From: an uncultured SAR116 cluster alpha proteobacterium
GTDB lineage: Bacteria; Pseudomonadota; Alphaproteobacteria; Puniceispirillales; Marisalimonadaceae
Assembly: GCA_902517275.1 (NCBI GenBank)
Contig: CABYBQ010000002.1
Coordinates: forward strand, 977-64,976
Direction: 5' to 3'
DNA length: 64,000 nucleotides
The position numbers and the translations under genes are program-made. The notes under the pieces were generated by a model. The model made no database searches. It was not told the origin of the DNA and saw only the letters and a program-made list of their open reading frames with translations. Position 1 is the first letter of the stretch, and every line of letters starts with the position of its first letter. Shown here in pieces: positions 10,301 through 20,375 of this stretch.

Positions 10301-11629
10301 TCAATTCTTGTTATTTAGTCGTTCAACAATTTTTTGTCTTCCCATTGTTAAAACTAGATTTGCCATTTCTGGACCATTATTTTGTCCTGTTAGACATAAT
10401 CTAAGAGGTTTGAATAAATCTTTACCTTTTCTACCACTTTCCTTCATTAACAAACTAGTCCAAGTTGACCAAGTATTTTTATCAAAACTATCATTTGGTA
10501 GAGTTTTCAATGCTAAATGTGTGAACTCATGATCATCATTTATAGTTTTAATTTTTCCATAAACAATATCCCACCAAAACTTAATATCATTAAAAGTATT
10601 AATATTTCCTTTAATTAAATTCCAAAATTCAGTGGTTATTTCAAAATCTAAAGTATTTAATTGACCACTAATATCATCAAAATCGATTAATTGAAAAAAT
10701 TTAGAATTTAGGTTTAACAATTCCATTTTATCAAATTTAGGTTTAGATTTTCCAAATTTATTTATATCAAAATTATCAATTATTTGATTTATATTTTTAA
10801 AAATATCTATTGCATCAGAGGTACCTACCTTTGATAACAATGATGATATTGCCATTGGTTGAAAACCTTCTTGTCTTAAGTCTTTTAGTGACAAACTACC
10901 AAGTCTTTTAGAAAGACCTTCTCCCGAAATATCTGTTAATAATGATAAATGCCCTAACCTAGGTGGAGAGGATCCTAAAGCTTCAAATAATTGAATTTGC
11001 GCAGCAGAATTTGTCATATGATCTTCACCTCTCAAAATATCTGTCACTGCAAAGTCTATGTCATCAACAACCGAGGCAAGGGTATATATAACTCTGCCAT
11101 CTTCTCTAAAAATAACAGGGTCAGATAAATTGGACATATTATATTTACTTTTACCTTTAACCAAATCATCCCAATTTACGTCAACGTGATTTAATAGAAA
11201 TCTATAATGAGGTTTTTTTCCCTTAGATTTAAGGTCAACAATTTCTGAGTCTGACAATTTAAGAGAAGATCTGTCATAAATAGGAGGTTTTCCAGAAGAT
11301 AATTGACTTTTTCTTTTTAAAGATAATTCATCAGCAGTTTCAAAACATGGATACGCTCTTTTTTTATTGAGTAATATTTGTAAAGCATTGTCATAACAAG
11401 ATAATCTAGAGGATTGTTTTTCTAAACTGTCCCAGCCTATATTCATCCAACTTAAATCTTCTTTAATTGCATTTTCATATTCTATCAACGATCTTTCTTG
11501 ATCTGTGTCGTCTATTCTTAGCATAAAGTGACCATTATTTTTTTTAGCAAATAAAAAATTTACAAGTGCAGTTCTAAAGTTTCCAATATGCAAGTGACCA
11601 GTTGGACTTGGAGCAAAACGAACTTTCAT
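10301..11629 (-). CDS. gltX: Glutamate-tRNA ligase
   Basis: VRFAPSPTG.LHIGN, RIDDTD, RGEDH, LSKR. Confidence 0.97.
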   Translation of the reverse strand: MKVRFAPSPTGHLHIGNFRTALVNFLFAKKNNGHFMLRIDDTDQERSLIEYENAIKEDLSWMNIGWDSLEKQSSRLSCYDNALQILLNKKRAYPCFETADELSLKRKSQLSSGKPPIYDRSSLKLSDSEIVDLKSKGKKPHYRFLLNHVDVNWDDLVKGKSKYNMSNLSDPVIFREDGRVIYTLASVVDDIDFAVTDILRGEDHMTNSAAQIQLFEALGSSPPRLGHLSLLTDISGEGLSKRLGSLSLKDLRQEGFQPMAISSLLSKVGTSDAIDIFKNINQIIDNFDINKFGKSKPKFDKMELLNLNSKFFQLIDFDDISGQLNTLDFEITTEFWNLIKGNINTFNDIKFWWDIVYGKIKTINDDHEFTHLALKTLPNDSFDKNTWSTWTSLLMKESGRKGKDLFKPLRLCLTGQNNGPEMANLVLTMGRQKIVERLNNKN

Positions 11630-11685
11630 TACAACTAATTCCTAGTTTAAAATAGATACTATATTTATCTGTATATACAGCTTGA

Positions 11686-13344
11686 TCAATTCCAATTTCT
11701 AAACCCACTAGTTAGAGGATATCGTCTATCTCTACCAAAGGCCTTTTCTGTGACTTTTGGTCCAGGTGCAGATTGAAATCTTTTATATTCAGATCTTGAT
11801 AAAAGCATAGAGATTTTTTTGACATCTGCTACTTCATAACCCTCAGCAACTATTTCATCTATTGATAAATTATCTTCGACTAATTTTTTTAAAATTGTAT
11901 CAAGAACGTCATACTCAGGAAGACTATCAGTGTCTTTTTGGTCTTCTCTTAACTCGGCGCTAGGAGGTTTTGTTATTATTCTTTCAGGAATGACTTCACC
12001 ATTTGGCCCTAAAAACTCCGGAGATTTATTTGAATTTCTCCATTTACATAATCTAAATACGTCACTTTTCCATACGTCTTTTATAACTGCGAACCCTCCA
12101 CACATATCTCCATATAAGGTAGCATAACCAACTGCATATTCAGATTTATTTCCTGTTGCTAATACCATTGATCCATATTTGTTAGAAATTGCCATTAAAA
12201 GTAAGCCTCTTAATCTAGATTGAATATTTTCTTCCGTTATTCCTGGAGAAACATTGGGACCTTTAAATCCTAAAAGGATATTATCAACCGTTTCCATACC
12301 ACTTTTAATATCTAAATACGAATAATCTATTCCTAAATTGTAAGATGCTAACTTTGCATCTTCTAAACTTTCTTGACTGGTATAAGGGCTTGGCATCATA
12401 ACTGCTCTTACTAAGTTTGGTCCTAGAGCATCAGTTGCAATTGCCGCTACTAATGCAGAATCTATTCCACCAGACATTCCAAGAACAACCCCAGGAAAAC
12501 CATTATTTTGAACATAATCCCGTACACTTACAACTAGTGATTTATATAGAGCTTCTATATTTGAAGAAACACTATTAATATTTTCTTTGAAGGTCCATTT
12601 ATTATTAATTTTTTGTAAATCAATTTTTATTACATGTTCTTGAAAATCATTTAATTGGATATTTAACTTACCTTTATCACTTAAACAAAATGATGCGCCA
12701 TCAAATATTAATTCATCTTGGCCACCTACTCTATTTAAATAAATTAAAGGCAATTTCGACTCTAAAACACGAGAAACAGCTACTGACATTCTCTGATCAT
12801 TTTTTTTAATAGAATAAGGTGATGCATTAATAGAGAGTATTATTTCTGCTCCAGTTTCACACAAACATTCTATAACAGTTTCAGTCCATATATCTTCACA
12901 AATTGGTAAACCAATCAATACATCTCTTACCTTAACTGGACCAGATAGTGAGCCAGGAGAAAAAATTCTTTGTTCATCAAATACACCGGTGTTTGGAAGA
13001 TTATACTTATCTCTATAAGATAAAATTTCTCCTTTATCTAAAACAAAAACTGAGTTTTTAATTGATTTATTTTCTTTCCTTGGTGCACCTAGAATAATAG
13101 CTGCTTTACCATCATTAGTTAGTTTAGCTAGTGAAATTATTTCATTTTCAACAAGTTCTAAAAAATCATTTCTAAGAACTAAATCATCAATTGGATATCC
13201 AGTGACATATAATTCAGGAACAACAATTATGTCAATTTCTTCACTTAAACCATCCCTAATTTTTATTAATTTGATAATATTACCCTTAACGTCACCAACT
13301 ATCGGATTTAACTGACCGAGAACTATTTTAAGATTGTTTTTCAT
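11686..13344 (-). CDS. nadE: Glutamine-dependent NAD+ synthetase
   Basis: N-terminal nitrilase domain with E/K/C triad (PELY, RDK, ICED); SGGIDS, ENIQSRLRG, TGNKSE, PSAELR; real start ATG 13344 (the ORF-track start overlaps pncB). Confidence 0.97.
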   Translation of the reverse strand: MKNNLKIVLGQLNPIVGDVKGNIIKLIKIRDGLSEEIDIIVVPELYVTGYPIDDLVLRNDFLELVENEIISLAKLTNDGKAAIILGAPRKENKSIKNSVFVLDKGEILSYRDKYNLPNTGVFDEQRIFSPGSLSGPVKVRDVLIGLPICEDIWTETVIECLCETGAEIILSINASPYSIKKNDQRMSVAVSRVLESKLPLIYLNRVGGQDELIFDGASFCLSDKGKLNIQLNDFQEHVIKIDLQKINNKWTFKENINSVSSNIEALYKSLVVSVRDYVQNNGFPGVVLGMSGGIDSALVAAIATDALGPNLVRAVMMPSPYTSQESLEDAKLASYNLGIDYSYLDIKSGMETVDNILLGFKGPNVSPGITEENIQSRLRGLLLMAISNKYGSMVLATGNKSEYAVGYATLYGDMCGGFAVIKDVWKSDVFRLCKWRNSNKSPEFLGPNGEVIPERIITKPPSAELREDQKDTDSLPEYDVLDTILKKLVEDNLSIDEIVAEGYEVADVKKISMLLSRSEYKRFQSAPGPKVTEKAFGRDRRYPLTSGFRNWN

Positions 13345-13372
13345 AATTAACTCATCAAACAGATTATTATTA

Positions 13373-14560
13373 TTAACGCCTAAGAAGAAATTCTCTTCCA
13401 AGCTTAACTTGAGACTTACCACCATAAGAAATAATGTCAGCTGTCGCATAAGTTTCAGACCATCTGCTTGGAAGATATGATCCAGTCCCAATGACATCTA
13501 CAGGAACGTTCGCCAGAGAAAAAACTTTACATTTTTCTGGACCAAATCCACTAGAAGCAACAATTTTAACTTTTTGAAAGCCTGCATTATTTAGTATCTC
13601 TCTTAGATGCCAAACTGACGCCGCCGAAACACCAGTGCCAATTAAATAACGAAGCTCTTGCTCTGTTCTGTATCCTCTAATAGACTCAGGAGCATTTCTC
13701 TCTAAAACCGCATAAGAACCTGCTACATCTAATCCTTCAATATACCTTCCGCCATGAGTATCTAATCTTAATGATAAAGTTCCGTTGTTAGCCAAATGTT
13801 TAAACGATCTGCAAATCATAAGACCATCAGTTATTTCTTTACCAAAATAATCAATTAAAACAGTTAATGGTTGATCAGGCCAAGTGGAATGAAACATTTC
13901 TGCAGCTTTTAAGGTCGAACCAGCATAACCAACTAAAGCATGAGGCATAGTACCTAAACCCTTTGTGTTTTGAAACAGGTGGGCAGTCTTATCTGTAGCA
14001 CATCCTATAAATCCAATCGCATTCATTTCAGATTTAACTCTTTGAGATCCAATATATGCTCCATAAGCCATTAAATCGGCCATGTCTGTACCTGCACAAT
14101 GACGAGCATCCATTGCTAGAAAAGATGTTTGACGTAAACTTTCTACCATAGATCTAGCATTATAAGCAGCTACACAAGTCGCTCCAATTTTTTGAAGTAA
14201 AGCTGTTTCTAAATCTACTAATAATAACATAGAACCAGATATATAGACCATTGGCTCTCCAGCTCCTACGTCACTTCCTTCTTTAAAACAACGATTAATA
14301 TTAACGTTACCTTTTCTTTCTTTTATAATATGTTGAAGCCAATCAAGTGCTGGATTTAATGCTGATATCACAGGTCTGCGCATAAAAATTGCATAAGTAA
14401 CTTCAGTATCACCAAACTCAGCTACAACATCTCTAGTTCTTAAAAAGTATGTGTCTGTAACAGACGATAACTGGTCAGGATTTGGCCTTAAGTCATTTGG
14501 CCAAGATACTTTTTTTATTAGATTAATATTAGGTTTCTTTTTATTTTCAGCCAATTTCAA
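13373..14560 (-). CDS. pncB: Nicotinate phosphoribosyltransferase family protein
   Basis: TDTYF, MDARH, GTMPHAL, RLDTHG, IVASSGF motifs; directly upstream of nadE. Confidence 0.85.
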   Translation of the reverse strand: MKLAENKKKPNINLIKKVSWPNDLRPNPDQLSSVTDTYFLRTRDVVAEFGDTEVTYAIFMRRPVISALNPALDWLQHIIKERKGNVNINRCFKEGSDVGAGEPMVYISGSMLLLVDLETALLQKIGATCVAAYNARSMVESLRQTSFLAMDARHCAGTDMADLMAYGAYIGSQRVKSEMNAIGFIGCATDKTAHLFQNTKGLGTMPHALVGYAGSTLKAAEMFHSTWPDQPLTVLIDYFGKEITDGLMICRSFKHLANNGTLSLRLDTHGGRYIEGLDVAGSYAVLERNAPESIRGYRTEQELRYLIGTGVSAASVWHLREILNNAGFQKVKIVASSGFGPEKCKVFSLANVPVDVIGTGSYLPSRWSETYATADIISYGGKSQVKLGREFLLRR

Positions 14561-14564
14561 ACCT

Positions 14565-15950
14565 TCAAGATACCGTCACAATTTTTTTTGCAAGGTTAGT
14601 TCTATTTTCTGCAAGCAAGTCAGCTACTAAAAACGCTAACTCCAAGGATTGAGTTGCATTAAGTCTTGGATCACAATGTGTATGATATCTGTCAGCTAAG
14701 TTAGCTTCATTTACTTCATACACTCCACCAACACATTCAGTAACATTTTGTCCTGTCATTTCAAAATGGACTCCTCCAGGTACAGTATGCATTTCATTAT
14801 GAACTTCAAAGAAACCTCTAACTTCAGCCATAATATCATCCATTTTTCTTGTCTTAAATCCTGAAGATGCTTTTACCGTATTTCCATGCATTGGATCACA
14901 ACACCAGCCAACGATCAAACCTGATTTTTTAACAGCTGTTATTAAAGGTTTTAATTTTTTATAGACGTCGGCAGAACCCATTCTAGCAATAAGAGTAAGT
15001 CGTCCAGCTTGATTTAATGGGTTTAGCTTTTCAATAAGTCTTAATAAATCGTCAGGATCTGTTGAGGGTCCACATTTTAAACCAATTGGGTTAGCTATGC
15101 CTCTCATATATTCTATGTGCGCTTCATCAATACTTCTAGTTCTATCTCCTACCCATAGCATATGTGCTGAAGTTGCAAACCATCCTTTTTCTTCAGTAAT
15201 AGTGTCTTTTCTAGTGAGTGCTTCTTCGTAATTAAGTAAAAGACCTTCGTGCGAAGTATAAAATTCAGTTTCTCTAAGCTGGGCAGTATTCTCTGGTGTC
15301 ATGCCACAAGCATTCATAAACTCTAATGATGAAGTTATTTGAGATGCAAGTTCTTTATATTTTATCGCTTCATTAGTTCCACTAACAAACTCAAGGTTCC
15401 ATTCATGTAATTTAGTCAAATCTGCCATACCACCACCTGCAAAAGCTCTCAGCAAATTTAATGTAGAGGCAGATTTATCATAAACTTGAAGAAGCCTCTC
15501 TGGATTTGGTTCGCGTGCTTTATCTTCAAAGGCCATGTCATTAACCATATCTCCACGATAACTTGGCAAAGAAACATCATTAATTACTTCAAAAGGGGAA
15601 GATCTAGGCTTAGAATATTGACCTGCCAATCTTCCTATCTTTATAACAGGTAAAGCAGAACCAAAAGTAAGCACAACAGCCATTTGTAACAACACTCTAA
15701 AGCTATCCCTAATATTATTAGCATTATGTTCTGCAAAAGATTCAGCACAGTCACCACCCTGAAGTAAAAAAGCTTTGCCCTCTGCAACATCTGCCATTCT
15801 TTTCCTAAGTCTCCTAGCTTCTTCGGCAAATACTAAAGGCGGTCTAATTGAAAGTTCTTTTTCAACAGAGGCTACTTTATCCATGTCACTATATTCAGGA
15901 ACTTGCTTTATCGGAAATTTTCTCCAGGAATCTATTTTCCAGTCAATCAT
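14565..15950 (-). CDS. Class II DAHP synthase
   Basis: LLQGGDCAESF, GQYSKPRS, YTSHEGL, CDPMHGNT, CDPRLN. Confidence 0.97.
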   Translation of the reverse strand: MIDWKIDSWRKFPIKQVPEYSDMDKVASVEKELSIRPPLVFAEEARRLRKRMADVAEGKAFLLQGGDCAESFAEHNANNIRDSFRVLLQMAVVLTFGSALPVIKIGRLAGQYSKPRSSPFEVINDVSLPSYRGDMVNDMAFEDKAREPNPERLLQVYDKSASTLNLLRAFAGGGMADLTKLHEWNLEFVSGTNEAIKYKELASQITSSLEFMNACGMTPENTAQLRETEFYTSHEGLLLNYEEALTRKDTITEEKGWFATSAHMLWVGDRTRSIDEAHIEYMRGIANPIGLKCGPSTDPDDLLRLIEKLNPLNQAGRLTLIARMGSADVYKKLKPLITAVKKSGLIVGWCCDPMHGNTVKASSGFKTRKMDDIMAEVRGFFEVHNEMHTVPGGVHFEMTGQNVTECVGGVYEVNEANLADRYHTHCDPRLNATQSLELAFLVADLLAENRTNLAKKIVTVS

Positions 15951-16055
15951 ATTTTTTCCCTTTAAATAACTCAATATTAATTAAATTAATTAATAATTAA
16001 ACATTCCATTAACAGAATTTAGCCAAATCTTCAATTACTCAGTTAAAATTCACTA

Positions 16056-17414
16056 TTAAGATCTCATCGTTACAAATTCTTCTGCAGCTGAAGGATGAAT
16101 TCCAATAGTGCTGTCAAAATCTGACTTAAGAGCACCTGCTTTAATTGCGATTGCTATTCCTTGAATTATTTCTGCAGAATCTGGACCTATCATGTGGGCC
16201 CCTACTACCTTTTGTGAATTGTCATCAACTATCAATTTCATTAATGTTCTTTCAATATTTCCAGAAATAGTATTTTTTAATGCTCTGAACTCGCTTTTGT
16301 ATTCTCTTGCTTTGATACCTTTTTTCACAGCGTCTTCATAGGTAATACCAACTACTGCGATTGAAGGTTGACTAAAAACAGCGCTTGGAACATTACTATA
16401 TGAAACATATCTGTTTATTTTTCCAAACTCACGGTCAGCAAAAGAATGACCTTCTGCAATAGCAACAGGAGTTAGTGTGATTTTATCAGTAACATCGCCA
16501 ATTGCAAATATAGAATTGATATTTGTTTGATTGAAATTATTTACCAATACTTCTCCACGTTCACCTAAATGAACTCCAATCTCTTCCAAACCTAAATTGG
16601 AGATTTTAGGTAATCTTCCTGTGGCACCCATTACAGTTTCTACACTTAGGCTTTTGTTATTTGAAAGATGGATCTTATGCATTTGCCCTTCTTCTTCAAT
16701 CTTTGAAATAGTAACTTTATTATGTATCGTTATTCCTTTTTGCTCCATTGAAGTCATTAAATGTTGCCTAATATCTTTATCAAATCCTCGCAAAGCCATG
16801 TCAGCTCTAAAAATAAGATGAGTATCTACTCCAAATCCATTGAATATACCTGCAAATTCAACTGCAATATAGCCAGATCCATAAATCGCAATAGAATCTG
16901 GTAATTCGAGAAGATCCAAAGCTTTATCTGAGTTAATCATGTAATTATTTCCTTCAAAGTTAGGAAAAGATGATTCACCACCAGCAGCTATCATGATTTT
17001 TTGAGAAGACAATTCAATTTTTTTATTATCTTCTTTTATTATTGAAACAGTATTTGGTCCTGTAATTTTACCCCAGCCTGAAATTAAGTCACAGCCAGAA
17101 TTTTTTATTAAATTAACATAAATTTCATGCAGTCTATCTAATTCTTTATTCTTTTTTAGAATAAGTTCATGCCAGTTACTTTGAAAATTACTTACTTGCC
17201 AGCAAAATCCTTCTGCATCTGACACTTGTTCAGAAAATTGAGACGCATACACCAATAATTTTTTAGGAACGCAACCTCTAAGTACGCATGTGCCCCCAGC
17301 TCTATCACCCTCTACAACTAATACTTTGGCACCATATGATGCAGAAATTCTTGCTGTTCTAGTGCCTCCCGAACCTGCTCCAATAACAATAAGATCGTAA
17401 TCAAATTTTGACAT
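16056..17414 (-). CDS. gor: Glutathione reductase
   Basis: GAGSGG, GGTCVLRGCVPKK, LTPVAI, GIHPSAAEEFVTMR; start MSKFDYD at 17414. Confidence 0.96.
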   Translation of the reverse strand: MSKFDYDLIVIGAGSGGTRTARISASYGAKVLVVEGDRAGGTCVLRGCVPKKLLVYASQFSEQVSDAEGFCWQVSNFQSNWHELILKKNKELDRLHEIYVNLIKNSGCDLISGWGKITGPNTVSIIKEDNKKIELSSQKIMIAAGGESSFPNFEGNNYMINSDKALDLLELPDSIAIYGSGYIAVEFAGIFNGFGVDTHLIFRADMALRGFDKDIRQHLMTSMEQKGITIHNKVTISKIEEEGQMHKIHLSNNKSLSVETVMGATGRLPKISNLGLEEIGVHLGERGEVLVNNFNQTNINSIFAIGDVTDKITLTPVAIAEGHSFADREFGKINRYVSYSNVPSAVFSQPSIAVVGITYEDAVKKGIKAREYKSEFRALKNTISGNIERTLMKLIVDDNSQKVVGAHMIGPDSAEIIQGIAIAIKAGALKSDFDSTIGIHPSAAEEFVTMRS

Positions 17415-17456
17415 AAAATCTCCAAAATTCCCTGAAAAAAGCTTGTTTATGTGCAA

Positions 17457-18305
17457 TCAAAAAATTGCCTCTGCTTTCATTGTCATACCTGCATCTTTTG
17501 TACTCGTAAAGCAATTAACAGCACCATTTAATTTATTTTCAATATTTATAAACAAATCATCATTTGCGTATACCGGTGCAATACCTCTGTGAGAAAAAGA
17601 TTTAACCTTGGCTTTTTTATACTTTTCTGCAGCTCTTAGCATCAATGTTGCTTGTAATGGCCCATGAAAAACTAAATCTTTGTATCCTTCCTCATTAGTT
17701 GAGTAAGGGTAATCATAGTGTATTCTATGCCCGTTAAATGTTATCGCTGAATATCTAAATAACATTGTTGGATGCGTAAATATTTTTTCTTCATAATCTG
17801 ATTTTAAAAAAGGTAAATTATTTTTAATGAAAGTAGTATTCTCATTTTTATTATAAGCTCTATAGACAAGGTCATGATCTTCTTCAATCATTAATTTATT
17901 ATCTACAAAGAATTCATACTTTGCAGTTACAAAACATAATAGTCCAGACTTCCCATTTTTTAAGTTTATATCAACTACCGTAGATTTTTTTTTAACTATG
18001 TCTCCAATTTTTAATGAATTTAAAAAATAGGTTCTACATCCTGCCCACATTCTACGAGGAAGCGGTATTGGAGGAAGAAATTCACCTTTTTGAGGATGAG
18101 AGTCTTTACCTAACAAAGATGATTTTACTATTGCAGGTGCCAGAGCCCAATGAAGACCTGATGATGCTATGTCACCTTTTTGAGGGTCTCCTGGGTCTTC
18201 ATCAAGTGTTGCCCTAAATCTTGTTTCCAAACCTTGTGAAACTTCATCAAATGATATCTCATCATTACCTATCCACGATTTTAATTCATCAATATTTATT
18301 TTCAT
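17457..18305 (-). CDS. Double hot-dog acyl-CoA hydratase/dehydratase (HtdZ / mesaconyl-C4-CoA / itaconyl-CoA hydratase family)
   Basis: LPRRMWAG and LFRYSAITFNGHRIHYD..LVFHGPLQATL motifs. Confidence 0.88.
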   Translation of the reverse strand: MKINIDELKSWIGNDEISFDEVSQGLETRFRATLDEDPGDPQKGDIASSGLHWALAPAIVKSSLLGKDSHPQKGEFLPPIPLPRRMWAGCRTYFLNSLKIGDIVKKKSTVVDINLKNGKSGLLCFVTAKYEFFVDNKLMIEEDHDLVYRAYNKNENTTFIKNNLPFLKSDYEEKIFTHPTMLFRYSAITFNGHRIHYDYPYSTNEEGYKDLVFHGPLQATLMLRAAEKYKKAKVKSFSHRGIAPVYANDDLFINIENKLNGAVNCFTSTKDAGMTMKAEAIF

Positions 18306-18402
18306 ATCATCCACTTTATAATTTTTAATATAAGATTTAATTTAATATATTGAAAATTATAATTTAAAACAAGATAACTGAAATAAATGTTTGAGGTTAC
18401 AT

Positions 18403-19251
18403 ATGAATGACATTCTTAAATTAAACGTTGGTATTGCTGGATGTGGTACAATGGGATTACCTATGTTGGAAGTTCTTTTAAAAAATGGAGTGAATGCTTT
18501 TGGTTATGATGTAAAATCAAAAGAAAATTTTCCAACTTTGAAAGAAAATTTCATCTCTTCAAAAGTAAATTTTTTTGAAAAATCAGATATTATTTTTAGT
18601 GTTGTTAGGAATATAAATCAAACCGTAGAACTTTGCGAGGGTAAGAATGGACTTTTTAAAGTAAACACCCAAAAAATACTTATAATTAGTTCAACTTTAT
18701 CACCAGCTTTTTTGAGTAACTTTATTAATAAAGTTCCTGAAAACATTACAATTATTGAAGCTCCGATGTCTGGTGCTCCCATGAGCGCCAAGAACGCAAC
18801 ATTAACATTTATGGTAGGATCTTCAAAAAAAGAATTTGATAAAATTTTACCAATTTTGGAGATTTTAGGTAAGAAAATTCATCATATTGGTGAATTTGGA
18901 TCAGGAATGTCCGTCAAGGTATTAAATAATTTTGTTGCATCATGTTCAGTTGTTGCAGTAAGGCATGTTTTGTTTGAAGCTAAAAATCTTAATATTACTA
19001 CAAAGCAGCTACTTAATATTCTTAATTGTTCATCTGGCCAAACATGGTTTAGTGAGAACTTAGATAATATAGATTGGGCAAAAGAAAGTTATACCAAAAA
19101 CAATACAATTGCCATTTTGGAAAAAGATGTAAAGAGCTACCTAGATGGACTTGCAAATTCAAAAAATAAAACAAATAGTGCAATGGTCAATTTTCAAAAT
19201 GCTCTTATAAAAGGATTACAAAACATTCCCAAATATCCAAATGATGATTAA
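18403..19251 (+). CDS. NAD(P)-dependent oxidoreductase, beta-hydroxyacid (3-hydroxyisobutyrate) dehydrogenase family
   Basis: GCGTMG, EAPMSGA, catalytic K in VKVLNN; GAGG RBS. Confidence 0.9.
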   Translation: MNDILKLNVGIAGCGTMGLPMLEVLLKNGVNAFGYDVKSKENFPTLKENFISSKVNFFEKSDIIFSVVRNINQTVELCEGKNGLFKVNTQKILIISSTLSPAFLSNFINKVPENITIIEAPMSGAPMSAKNATLTFMVGSSKKEFDKILPILEILGKKIHHIGEFGSGMSVKVLNNFVASCSVVAVRHVLFEAKNLNITTKQLLNILNCSSGQTWFSENLDNIDWAKESYTKNNTIAILEKDVKSYLDGLANSKNKTNSAMVNFQNALIKGLQNIPKYPNDD

Positions 19252-19712
19252 TAAATTCCAAGTTCGATCCCATAGGCAAATGTTAAAACATATTCCTCTA
19301 CTTGATTAATATAACTGTCACTCCAAGTACCTTGAAAAATGAGGGGGGGTAAAACTTGTTTCCAACGTAAGCCTGTTAAAATTTTATCTATAGCAAGTTT
19401 GCTACCTTCTCCATCTAATCCAGCACGAATATAATATACAATTGGAAGACCTTGTGTTTTTTCTTTTAACTCCTCATAACACCGATCAAAAAAATCTTTA
19501 GTTAAACCAGACATATAACCAAAATTTTCTGTAGTTCCAATAATAACGCCATCTACTAAATTAAAGGAGGCAGTATTTGTTTCTAATGAATTTAACATTT
19601 TGAAATTAATATTTTGACTAAAATTGTAAAGAGTATTTTCAATTTTATCGGATAATTTTATTGTATTAGCAGAGGGAGAATGATGAATAAATAAAATATT
19701 TTTAGATTTCAT
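19248..19712 (-). CDS. Flavodoxin family protein
   Basis: HSPSANT loop, GTTENFGYMSGLTKDFFDR. Confidence 0.88.
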   Translation of the reverse strand: MKSKNILFIHHSPSANTIKLSDKIENTLYNFSQNINFKMLNSLETNTASFNLVDGVIIGTTENFGYMSGLTKDFFDRCYEELKEKTQGLPIVYYIRAGLDGEGSKLAIDKILTGLRWKQVLPPLIFQGTWSDSYINQVEEYVLTFAYGIELGIY

Positions 19713-19743
19713 TTTTATATATAATCATAGAAATATTATTGAA

Positions 19744-20358
19744 TCATCTGTTAGGAACATCAAAGTGATTTAAAAATTCTACCAAATTTTCGAGAGGTTG
19801 TGCTCCTACTATACTTTGTTTTTGGTATACATAAGTAGGCACTCCAGTAACCCCATAAGTTCTAGACTTATTCCAATCTTCGTCTATATTTTTCATAAAA
19901 AGTCGATTTTTAATGACATTTCTTGCCTCTTCAAGATCTAAACCAGATTTAGAAACAACATCTAAAATTACACTTTCTAAGCCTACATTCAAACCTTTTA
20001 CAAAATAAGCTTCAAAAAAATTATCATGAATAGATGTATTATTGTCTATAGACTGGGCCCATGCACCAATTTCTTGAGCTAATCTACTATTGTAAGTATG
20101 AGTTCTAGCGTTATATGGAAGTCCTTCATTTAACATCAGTGCCTTCATTCTTTCATTTTTTTGATCAATATCATCTTGATTTGATCCAAAAAGCTCAAGT
20201 AAAGTTTTTCCTTCAGTTGGTGTTTCAGGATGAAGAGGAAAATGAATTAATTGTATGTCAATTTTGAATTTTTTTTTGATTTTTTTAACTCTTGAGTCAC
20301 CTAAGTAACACCATGGACAAACGTAGTCTGTAAAAACTTCTAGTATTCTTTTATTCAT
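19744..20358 (-). CDS. DsbA/FrnE-like thioredoxin-fold oxidoreductase
   Basis: DYVCPWCY, FPLHPETP, GVTGVPT, GAQP; no signal peptide; start uncertain (ATG 20358 or GTG 20370). Confidence 0.9.
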   Translation of the reverse strand: MNKRILEVFTDYVCPWCYLGDSRVKKIKKKFKIDIQLIHFPLHPETPTEGKTLLELFGSNQDDIDQKNERMKALMLNEGLPYNARTHTYNSRLAQEIGAWAQSIDNNTSIHDNFFEAYFVKGLNVGLESVILDVVSKSGLDLEEARNVIKNRLFMKNIDEDWNKSRTYGVTGVPTYVYQKQSIVGAQPLENLVEFLNHFDVPNR

Positions 20359-20375
20359 TTGATTATTCACAAAAC

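Noticed and set aside
13345-13497. Apparent N-terminal extension of NadE overlapping pncB
   Set aside because: Artefact of longest-ORF calling; the nitrilase domain begins at ATG 13344. The same applies to the extended starts of purC, gor, trmJ and the last PhyH gene
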